DNA of 64,000 nucleotides from contig NC_088803.1 of NCBI RefSeq assembly GCF_011386835.1, forward strand, positions 19,158,001 to 19,222,000, written 5' to 3'. Position 1 is the first letter of the stretch. Each line of letters starts with the position of its first letter. Origin of the DNA: Chrysemys picta bellii. Lineage: Eukaryota. Below are positions 47,431 to 57,600 of this stretch, one piece after another. The position numbers were made by a program, and so were the translations under genes. Below the pieces are notes generated by a model. That model did no database searches. It worked only from the letters and a program-made list of their open reading frames with translations, and was not told the DNA's origin.

Positions 47431-49984
47431 GCATCACTCACCTGGCCTCCCCCTCAGATACCAGCCCAGGGCGGCGACTCCCAGAGCAGCCAGCAGGCAG
47501 CTGGCGAGGACGCCCAGGGACCCGGCCTGGCCTGTGGCCTGGGGATCTGCAAATGAGCAGAGACAGACTGAGCCATGGGTCCCGCCTGCCCCTGCACCTA
47601 TTCCCCCCCTACACCCCTTGGCCCTGGGCCAGCAGATCCACACCCGGTCTGCTCCTCCCAGCCCCAGCCCCCCATGAGTCTGCCCTGCAGCTAAATTCCC
47701 TCTTCCCCTACCCCTCTGAGCCCTCCAGAACCTCCCACTTTCCCTCCCTCTTTGGATCCCCCACAACCTCTCACCTTCCCTTCCCCCCTCTTAGCCCCCA
47801 GAACCCCCACCTTCCTCTTCCCCTCAGAGCCCCCCAGAACCTCCTCGCTGCCTATCCATGCCTCCCAAAACTGCCCCTCTGCCTTTCTGCCCCCAGCTCC
47901 CCTGCCCCTCCCTTCCATAGAGGGTGCTCCATTCCCAGCCCCCCCCCCCGCACTCACCCCAGGTGATCCTCAGGGGGGCGCCCCCCAGGCTGACGTGTCT
48001 CACCACACACACATGCTCCCCCAGCCCCAGCTCAATGGACACTTGGATCTGGAAGGTGGGGTCCCCGTTGGGCCGGATCCTGCTGGTCATCTGTTCCCCT
48101 AGGGCCCCCCTGCCCTCCCGCTCCCAGGTCACCTCAATGTCACGGGGGTAGAACCCCGTCACGTGGCACATGAGGCGGCGAGGCTGGCCCCGGGTTCCTC
48201 GCACGAGGGACACGTGCACTGTGGGCTGGGCTGAGGGGACAGAAAGGGTTAAAGATCACGGGGGCCGCGTGTTGGGAGTGAGGGGCACATGCAGAGCTGC
48301 GGGAAGCCCAGGGCTGGGCTAGCACGGGGCTGCGTTTTGGGAGTGAGGGGTACCGGCAGAGCTGGGGGGAGCCCAGGGCTGGGCTAGCACGGGGCTGTGG
48401 GTCGCGAGTGAGGGGCACTGGCAGAGCTGGGGATGGGGGGGCAGGACTGGGCTAGCAGGGGGCTGTGGATCAGGAGTGAGGGGCACTGGCAGAGCTGGGG
48501 ATGGGGGGCAGGACTGGGCTGGCAGGAGGCTGTGGTTTGGGAGTGAGGGGCACCAGCAGAGCTGGGGGGAGCCCAGGGTTGGGCTAGCAGGGGGCTGTGG
48601 ATTGGGTGTGAGGGGCACCAGCAGAGCTGGAGGGAGCCCAGGGCTGGGCTAGCAAGGGACTGCGGGTCAGGAGTGAGGGGCACCGGCAGAGCTGGGGGGA
48701 GCCCAGGGCTGGGCTAGCAAGGGGCTGCAGGTCGGGAGTGAGGGGCACCGACAGAGCTGGGGATGGGGGGCAGGACTGGGCTAGCAGGGGGCTGTGGGTT
48801 GGCAGTGAGGGGCACAGGCAGAGCTGCCACCTGTCGTCTGCGCGGTGAATGGCGAGGTGATCCGGATGAAGGTCCTGCACTGCTGTGGGGTATGGGCGTT
48901 GATCCCGGCCAGCATCTCCCTCTCACGGTTCCAGCGCTCGGCCATGCGCCAGGCCGCCGGGTGCACCGAGAACCAGCGGTTCTGGTCCCCGTGGTACTGC
49001 AGCACGTCCTCCCCATTCAGGGCGTACCTGGTAACGGCTTGAACGGCGCCGCTGGCTTCGTCCAGCTCACAGCTCTGCACGACCTGCATGTAGTAGGGCT
49101 CTGGGGGCGGAGCGGCCACATGAGTGACTCAGCAGGGAGCTGCCGCCAGGGGGCAGAGTGGGGACGAAGTTCTCCCAGGGATGGAACCCAGGAGTCCTGG
49201 CTCCCAGCCCGCCCCCACTCTAACCACTAGCTCTCACTCCATTCCCAGAGCTGGGGAGAGAACCCAGGAGTCCTGGCTCCCAGCCCCCACCCCCCACTCT
49301 AACCATGAGACCCCACTTCCCTTCCAGAGCTGGGGATAGAGCTCCCAGCTCCCCCGCACCCCACTTTAACCACTAGGTACCATGGAAATCACTCCCCTCT
49401 GGTGTCCTGCCCCTAGCTCCCTCCCACTGCCCGTGCCCCCCTTTCCTGGGCTGAGTTAACGGAGTGCCAGGGCCCGAGGACTCACCGGCCTTTGGGGAGC
49501 TGGCGTTCACCGCCCGAACCAGGGCCTGGTACTCGGTCTCTACCCAGGGGTCCCAGAACATGCACCGGGCGCTGCTGACGCTCCAGAACTGGTGGGTCTC
49601 CCGGTTGCCCTGCATGTAGCCGTTGCGTGGCATCATCCTCCGGCTGCTGCTGTCGTAGGCCGAGAGCGCCAGGCCGTTCACCTGCAGCAAGCTCTGGCGC
49701 TTGGGCAGCCCAGGGGCTGCCTGCGGCGAAATAATCTGGGAGTGGGTGAAACGGTGAACCCCTACAGGAAGGAGAGAGAGACCAGGATGGGGATGGGACC
49801 CAGGCATCCGGGCAGCCACCCGAGGGGCCCCTGCAGCACCCACTCCTGGGGGAGAGTGATTGGGATGGGGATGGGACCCAGGCATCTGGGGGGCGAACAG
49901 GGGTCACTTACCAGCTGAGACGACCGAGCAGAGAAACAAGAGCCAGGCGGAGACCAGAGCGGGATGGGCCCCCCCAGGAGCCAT
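46680..49984 (-). CDS. Nonclassical MHC class I-like heavy chain: leader 49912-49984, alpha1 49486-49761, alpha2 48831-49100, alpha3 47958-48230, TM 47442-47546; tentative cytoplasmic exon 46680-46705 (GDGSRVSA*)
   Basis: All introns phase 1 and GT-AG; exon sizes 73/276/270/273/105 bp; alpha1 H..PGLP..VNG..YDS..PR..FW..NAS; alpha2 disulfide CEL...QQC with ALNGED and RW; Ig-C1 alpha3 LMCHVTGFYPRDI...PNGDPTFQ...CVVRHVSL; hydrophobic TM followed by RGR. The last exon is uncertain. Confidence 0.9.
48280..48830. repeat. ~61-bp GC-rich minisatellite in the MHC-like intron; same family at 56540-56940 and 34670-34850
   Basis: Units GCAGAGCTGGGGGGAGCCCAGGGCTGGGCTAGCAGGGGGCTGTGGGTCAGGAGTGAGGGGCAC, about nine copies. 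Confidence 0.85.
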
Positions 49985-51779
49985 CAGGGAACAGGGGATG
50001 GGACGGCACTCTGTGGGGTGAGGGGTGGGGCTGGGACCCCCAGGGCTGGAGAGACCAGGGCCGCCCTCTGCCTGCACCGAGCTCTCTGACGCTCTGACAG
50101 GAAACACCTGCGAGGAAACCCAGGCCCACAAACCGATGCGGATCCACCCGTCCAGCCCCTCCCTGCCAGTGAGGGGGCGGGGGGTGGGGTGGGGCTGGCA
50201 TCAGACGTTGCTGGGCAGACGGGTTGGGGATGTGTCGTAACAGCATCCGCCTGGTGCCTGGGCTTAGCTCTGCGTGTGGAGGAATGAACCGCAGTGGCAG
50301 ATTGTGCCTGTCAGCTTCCCGGCAGAGGGGAAGCCAGCGGTGGGGAGATGGTTGGGGGGGGATTTCCTTAGTGCAGACGGCTCAGGGACACGGCACGCAC
50401 CAGGCCTGGGCCAGAGGTGGTCAGAAAGTACAAGAGGGCAAACACCTCCATCAGGAATCTGAGCCCTTTATGGATTCCCAGTTCCTCAGTAGTAAAGGCC
50501 AGATGGTAGCGTGTTAAACCCCAGGTGATAGTGCATTTAAAGCTCCAGATGTTAGTGAATTAAAGCCCCAGAGATTATTGCATGAAACCCCAGATGTCAG
50601 TGCATTAACTGGCAGATGTCAATGCATTAACTGGCAGATGTTAGCACTCCGGGCCACAATCCTGAGGATGGTAGAAGAGCTTTAACAGAATAGAATCAAA
50701 TTCTGCACAAAGGACCCATCAACTCACTAGTTTGAGAGCTGCAGAGTGGAAGCCTTTTGTAGCACCCAATAAAAGGTTTAATGAGTCCTACAACCCCCCC
50801 AGACAATGCTCCGTTTGCGTGGGCGCCAGGTCTGCTAACCGGCTATTCCCACAGACGGTCTGGGCATTGGCTCCACTGGAAAGTTGGAACTTTGGGAAGA
50901 AGCAGAGATTGCTCCTTCGGCTCATGCAGGGGAGGAGATTCAGAGCCCCAGCTCCGAAGGGCAGATCTTTGCTTATTGCTCGGTCCTCCTGCTTGGCTTT
51001 TGTGTTGGATGTGGGGCCAGTTGGGAATCCACCTTCCATCCCGTGAAAACTTCTGTGATTTTGGAATTCCCCTAAAAATCCTTCCAAAATTGTTGTGAGA
51101 AAGAGCCAGACATGCACCATCCCAGCCAGGGCACTCCCGTGGGAGGCAAGAAACGGCAATTCAAATCGCTGCTCTGCCTGATCTAGGACAGCAGGTCTGC
51201 ACTGTCCCGGCTGGGCCCGGGCTAGCGTGTGGTGGGGCTCTGGCAATCTCTCCTGTTGGAGCTTTTCCACATTGTATAGCTCTGTGACATTCCCATCTGG
51301 TGTTATCCGGACCAGTGATCTGCTAGGTCACTCCAGTCCTTGACTCTGGGAGCCAGCCTTACCCTGCTCTGCTGTGAGAACCTCCACTCCTGGGCTGTTC
51401 ATGCACAGCCTCTGGCATGTAAGTTGCTCCTTGAATTGTGCAACTGAATGACACTAGCCAATATCTGTACTTCCAGACACAACCTTAGGAACCTCCATCT
51501 TGCAGTGTCCAGTTATGCCCCCTGGACACTGCAAGCTTATATGAGTTTGTCAATTTAACAAAGAAATTGATATGTACCAGGCTTGTTATCCCAAGGGGAG
51601 TCTCTGACATGCTTTAAACCAAACGCACTGCTTCAGGTAGAATAAGCAAACAGATTTATTAACTATAAAGATTGATTTTAAGTGATTATAAGTCAAAGCA
51701 TAACAAGTTGGACTTGGTCAAATGAAATAAAAGCAAAACACATTCTAAACTGATCTTAACACTTTCAATGCCCTTACAT

Positions 51780-51901
51780 TGGGAACGATAGCTCAGTGGT
51801 TTGAGCACTGGCCTCCTAAACCCAGGGTTGAGAGTTCACTCCTTGAGGGGACCATTTAGGGATCTGGGGCAAAAATCTGTCTGGGGATTGGTCCTGCTTT
51901 G
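51780..51901 (+). mobile_element. tRNA-derived SINE (turtle Pol III/SINE type) with a CR1-derived tail
   Basis: A box TAGCTCAGTGG and B-box-like GAGTTCACTCC; tail GGGATTGGTCCTGCTTTG matches the CR1 3'UTR at ~28300. Confidence 0.85.
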
Positions 51902-54095
51902 ACTACTGCCCTCCAGGAGGTCAGTTACACAGTTCCTTCTCAAAACCTGGGTCACAGGCTTAGTGCCTGGGTGCACAGATGCTGACCCAGCCATCCTCCT
52001 AGTGTCCTGGGCATCCTGCCCCAAATGATTAGTGAGGAGACATTCCTGTACCCCCACTATTCCTTCCCCAGTTTCCTCCTCTGAGCCCCCTCCTAAGACA
52101 CATTTCTTTGTGCTCCCTAGGAAGGGTTCGGTCTCTCATTCATCTGCAGAACTCTGCCAGCTAACAACTGGGACAGTTTCCTTAATCACTGACAACACCT
52201 CTCCTGCCCCTGCGCCTGAGGGCATGTTGCTAGTCTCAGCCCCTCCCATACTTGGAAGCACCGTGCTTCCCTGTGTTACAGTCACAGGAATCCACCCACC
52301 TCAGTGGTTTCTGAGATCCCCTGCCCCTTCTCTGGGCTTTCCTCTGGGACACTTTGCTCTATGCTTCCTAAAGCCAGTTTTAGTGCTGGTTCAGCTGTGA
52401 CCTGCTGGCAGCTAACAACCTGGACAAGTCTCTCTCTGGCAGGCATTACACCCCGATCCCTTCCTGATGTGGTGTTGCCTCCAGCTGCAGTGCAGGAGTT
52501 GGTCTCAACCACCCTCTCTCCTGGAAGCATGTGGCTTCCCCCCGCTGCAGAAGAATCAAGGAGACTCTCCCATTCTCTCAGCAGTTCCCAGTATGCTGGG
52601 ACCCCCTTTCCTTCGGGGGTCCCAGCATAACACTCCCTCCTGCTGCAGGCAAATACTTTAACCTGAGCTACACAGAAAAAATCATTACCAGGAAGCAGGT
52701 CGACTAGGAGGTGTTCCATTACCCCCACAGTCAAAACACTTTCCAAACCTCCCCAAATCACATGGATTTTAGCTAGTGGTATGAGGAATCTGTTTCCACC
52801 CACCCCACAATCTCTGCCATTTGGCCAGGCAGCATACTGGCCTTTGGGACCACACTCTGCTTAACCAGAGAGATCTGGGCCCCTGTATCCCTCTGCCCCA
52901 AGTATTCCCTGCCATCAATTTGGACAGCCTGAACATGCTCCATATCTGGTTCTGCAGAGGCTAACCTCACAGAGCCAATATGATAGCTTTCAATTGCTTG
53001 GGGGGTTTCTGTGTTGAGGACAGCAGAACTAATGTGAACTATTGTTTGCCTGCTTCCTCCCAGCACAGGGCATTTATTGCTCAGGTGATCAGTGCAATTA
53101 CACCAATAGCACCTTTTGGGCTCTTCTGCTTTTACAGAAGAGATACCGGTAGAGGAATGTTTTTGGGTAAGAGAATGTTTAGGCTCCCAGCCCCCTTCTC
53201 TCTTCCTAGGGGCAAAATGGGATACTCCCTTCCCACCAGTTTTAAACCCCTCTTTCTGTGGCCTGCCCTCAATAGACGCCTGATTCTGTTCGAAGGCATC
53301 AGCTAAAAAAGCCATCTCATCCACAGACTTTACATCTTTGTTCCATAGACACTGCTTTACATCAGCCTTACATACGCTTAGGAGATGCTCTTGAGCAACA
53401 AGATCCAACATTCCCTCAAAACTTGCCACCTCTTTACCCCTCACCCATTTTCCCAACAAATCTTTCAGTGTGTTTACATATTCCCCATTACTCATACCAA
53501 TATCCCTCTTAAGATTCCTAAATTTAACTCTGTATGTTTCAGGGGTAATCTGAAAACTTCACAAAGAAGTATCTTTAACTTTACAATAGTCTAGCATCTT
53601 CAATAGGCATTCCATTGAATACATTTCAAGCTTTACCAGTTAATTTTGCAAGCAGGGTGGGAACTCTCTTATCATCAGGGATTTGATGTATTACACACAG
53701 ACTTTCAAAGGTAGTCAGATACTCAACAACATCATCCTCTTCACTGTATGCAGGACATAAGTGTTCCCACTTGTGGATTTTTGGAGTGGTGGGAGTCGTT
53801 GGGGTTGGGGGGTTCTGGTTTCTGCTTCTCTAGCAGGTCCAGCTGGTGTTTTCACTCTCTTTCTCTTTCTTCCCACTCTCTCTCTTTTTCTTCCATAGCC
53901 CTTCGGTGTGCAGCCTCTTCTTCTTTGAGCCTCATTTCTGCCTGCCCCATTTGAAACTCACTGTCCTTTGTCTTCTCTTCTGCTTCCAGTCTGGCCAGCT
54001 CTAGTTTTGTAGCTGCCTCACTGGTAGTCATTTTTCTGTTTTCTTGTGCTTATTTCCCTCACACAAAATTAAAAAAAAAAAAAAAAAAAAAAAAC

Positions 54096-54525
54096 TGTGA
54101 CCATCTCATAGACTTCAAGGTCAGAAGGGACCATTATGATCATCTGGTCTGACTCCCTGCATGCTGCAGGCCACAAAGCCGTCCCTACCCCTTCCCTTGA
54201 CTCTGCTGTTGAAGTCCCCAAATTCTGAGGCTTGGTGACTTCAATTGGCAGAGAACCCTCCTGCTAGTGATCCCTGCCCCATGCTGCGGAGGAAGGCGAA
54301 AAACCTCCAGGGCCTCTGCCAATCTACCCTGGAGGAAAATTCCTTCCCGACCCCAAATATGGCGATTAGTAAAACCCCGAGCATGTAGGCAAGAGTCTCC
54401 AGCCTGACCCTTGTTAGCCATTATACTATTTACCTGCCATGGCTCAGTATTCCTTGGCTAAAATCATGTTTTTCCATTAAACCATTCCCTCCATAAACTT
54501 ATCTAACTTAATCTTAAAACCAGAC
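54096..54525 (-). mobile_element. CR1 3'-end fragment inserted in the Gypsy leader
   Basis: Reverse complement resembles a CR1 3' end (GACCTTGAAGTCTATGA...). Confidence 0.6.
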
Positions 54526-54627
54526 ATCTCCTGACTGTTCTTAGCCACTGCACTTAAGACTCACTTTAAATCACAAATATCAGTGCTTAAAATGTGAACT
54601 TCACTTGGGGTAACAAGCCATACATAC

Positions 54628-54645
54628 ACCCTGCTCGCTGCGCCA
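54628..54645 (-). promoter_or_regulatory. Primer-binding site complementary to tRNA-Ser(UGA)
   Basis: TGGCGCAGCGAGCAGGGT, 1 nt inside the 5' LTR, is the reverse complement of the 3' end ACCCTGCTCGCTGCG-CCA of a vertebrate tRNA-Ser-TGA (recalled sequence). Confidence 0.8.
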
Positions 54646-57600
54646 CTGTGACGTTGCCCTCTGGTGTTATCTGGACCGGTGATCTGCTAGGTCACTCCAA
54701 TCCTTGACTCTGGGAGCCAGCCTTACCCTGCTCTGCTGTGAGAACCCACACTCCTGGGCTGTTCACGCACAGCCTCTGGCATGTAAGCTGTTCCTTGGAT
54801 TGTGCAACCGAATGACACTAGCCAATATCTCCAGTCCCAGACATAACCCTAGGAACCTCCATCTTGCAGTGTCCAGTTATGCCCGCTGGTCACTGCAAGC
54901 TTATATGAGTTTGTCAATTTAACAAAGAAATTGATATGTACCAGGCTTGTTATCCCAAGGGGAATCTCTGACATGCTTCAAACCAAACGCACTGCTTCAG
55001 GTAGAATAAACAGATTTATTAACTATGAAGATAGATTTTAAGTGATTATAAGTCAAAGCAGTCAGATTTGGTCAAATGAAATAAAAGCAAAACACATTCT
55101 AAGATGATCTTAACACTTTCAATGCCCTTACAAACTTAGATGCTTCTCACCACAGGCTGGCTGGTTGCTCTTCAGCCAGGCTCTCCCCTTTGATCAGCTC
55201 TTCAGTCGCTTGTTGTGGTGTCTGTAGATGTAGGTGGAAGAGAAAGGAAGAGCATGGCAAATGTCTCTCCCTTTTATCATGTTCTTTCTTCCCTCTTGGC
55301 TTTGTCCCTCTCCCTTTCAGAGTCAGGTGAGCATTACCTCATCGCAGTTCCAGACTGACCAAAGGAAGGGGGTGTGACTCTCTCAAGAGTCTAACAGATT
55401 CTTTTGTTGCTGCTAGGCCAGCGTCCTTTGTTCCTGTAAGGCTGGGCTAGGTTTGTCACATCCACGCCCTGATGAGGTGTGAACTGCCTCTCTGCTCTTG
55501 GAGAGTTTTTTTCTGGGCTTGCTTTCAGCCATGAGGATACATTTTCAGCCTCATAACTAGATACATGAAGTTATCACCTATAACATTACTATAATATCGC
55601 TATAACAATAATGCTCAGTACATCATGAGCCTTCTGAAGACACCCGACATGACACACTTTGCATTGGATACCACACCATTATTTTACAAGGATGAACATG
55701 CGGGTGCTGGGTGTTCCCCCGAGGTACAGAGTGTCACAAGCTCAGTGTTTCTCTTTTTGATACCAGGGATGGGCCTGCTGCCTTCCTCAACCGAGTCAGG
55801 GCAATCTCAGGTTGCAGCACCATTCCGCGGACCCATCCTTGGTCTGGATAAGTATTCACAGAGCCCTGCAGTGGTTTGTCCCCAACCTGGGAAATGGGGG
55901 AGCTTGCAGGAGAAGTGAGAGGTCAGACCATAGTGGGGGTGATGGAGCTATATTGTGGGATCCACGGATTTAGAGTTCAGAGGATGTCGGTTTTGGAGAC
56001 CATCTCCCGAAGGGACCTACCACAAGGGGAGAGCCCAAGCTGCTCTACAGCACTCCTGGGTCCGGAAGCAGAGGTAAATCTGGAGCCTGCTGATGACAAG
56101 CAAGAGGCTGTTAGCCAAGAAACAGGGGATTCCCCTGAAACGCAATCTGATGAGCCTGTTTTCCAGTCTGTCTGCAGCTGTTTCTGCCAAGTCCAGCCCC
56201 AGCCTTGCGCAGATGTGTGACCTCTGGGGAGTGGGGGCCAGGTTTGAAAAGGAGCAGGCCGGCTAGGCAGGGAAGCTGTGGCAAGCCTGCCTTTGGAAGT
56301 TTGCAATTGGCAGGTTTGAGTCACTGCAGCAGCAGCAAGAGAAGGTTTTTTTCCATCAGAGAGGCCTGAACAAAGTCAGCGAATTGGTGCTTTGAATTCC
56401 TGCCCTTGTCAAGGTTTGTTTTCCCCTATTCCAGCTAGAAGCTGGCACCATCACCTGGAGAACAGCAGGAGAGGACCCTTAGGTTGGCATGGGAAAGACA
56501 AAGTCCCTGATTGAGATCCCATCCAATTCAGGACAGTAGGGGCTGCGGGTCAGGAGTGAGGGGCCCTGGCAGAGCTGTGGGGAGCCCAGGGCTGGGCTAG
56601 TAGGGTGGTACAGGTTGGGAGTGAGGGGCACTGACAGAGCTGGAAGGGAGCCCTGGGCTGGGCTAGCAGGGGCTGCAGATTGGAAGTGAGGGGCATTGAC
56701 AGAGCTGTGAGGGGCAGGGCTGGGGTGGCAGGGGGCTGTGGGTTGGGAGTGAGGGGCACTGACAGAGCTTGGGGGGGCAGGGCTGGGCTAGCAGGGGGTT
56801 GAGGGTTGGGAGTAAGGGGCACTGACAGGGCTGGGGTTGGGGGAGCCCAGGGCTTTTCTAGCAGGGGGCTGGGGGTTGGGAGTCAGGGACACCAGCAGAG
56901 GTGGGGGTGGGGGACCCCAGGGCTGGGAGAGAACAGAGGCTGTCCATCGTTAGGGGTCCCAGCGCTAGAGCTAGTCAGGAATTTCCCCTGGCAATTATTT
57001 TCCAGTGGAAAATGCAGCGTCCACAAAATCGCATTTTTTCCTGGAGAGTTTCCCAGTTTGCCAGTAAAGGTCCCCTGCCACCGGGCCGCTGCGTTAAAGC
57101 TGCGACCGAAGGATTCTAACCCCGGGAAATCTCCCGCCCCCCCACCACTTTGTCATTCCTATTTGGAACAAACTCTGCTGGGGGAAAGGCCGGACGCTCT
57201 GCCGGGTGTTAATAGTGGTGCCGGCCCAGCTGTGCCCAGAGCCTTCACTGGCTCCTGCAGCACTCCAGGGCCCCCCACAAACTGCTCCCCTGCCCCAGCG
57301 CTGTCCAGAGACATGTGGGGTGCAGTATCTCCATGGGCCACACAGTGTGGGTCGGGCCCAGGTGCAAAACACTCACAGCTAACACTAGGGGGAAGCACTA
57401 GTAATGCCATGGCTGGGTGGGGGCGTGGGCATGAGACCTGGCTAAGTCTGACCCCCTATATCTAAACCCATGATGAGCCAAGCATGGGGATGGCTCGGCT
57501 GGCACTGAGATGCAGCCAGCTCTGGGGTGGGGCAGCTGGGTAACAGCCGCACATAACACTGCATGGGGATGACTCGCCCAGCGCTGAACTGCAGCCCACT

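Larger units (their letters stand above)
51283..55738 (-). mobile_element. Internally deleted Gypsy LTR retrotransposon (Gmr1-like): 5' LTR 54647-55738, degraded gag/protease, truncated 3' LTR 51283-51778
   Basis: Perfect 5-bp TSD AGCTC; gag starts at 54031 with a stop; SCAN/capsid-like segment, CCHC knuckle CYWCNCTDHLSNKC and protease DTGA in ORF 52773-53495; no RT or integrase seen. Confidence 0.88.

Noticed and set aside
48280-48830. CRISPR-like array, and repeat-encoded ORFs here and at 56540-56940 and 62810-63170
   Set aside because: Eukaryotic minisatellites without unique spacers or cas genes.
51780-51850. tRNA gene
   Set aside because: The tRNA-like head continues into SINE body and a CR1-derived tail; no complete cloverleaf.
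52773-53495. Host SCAN/zinc-finger gene
   Set aside because: It sits between LTRs with PBS and TSD, followed by a retroviral-type protease, and is broken by stops; it is retroelement gag.
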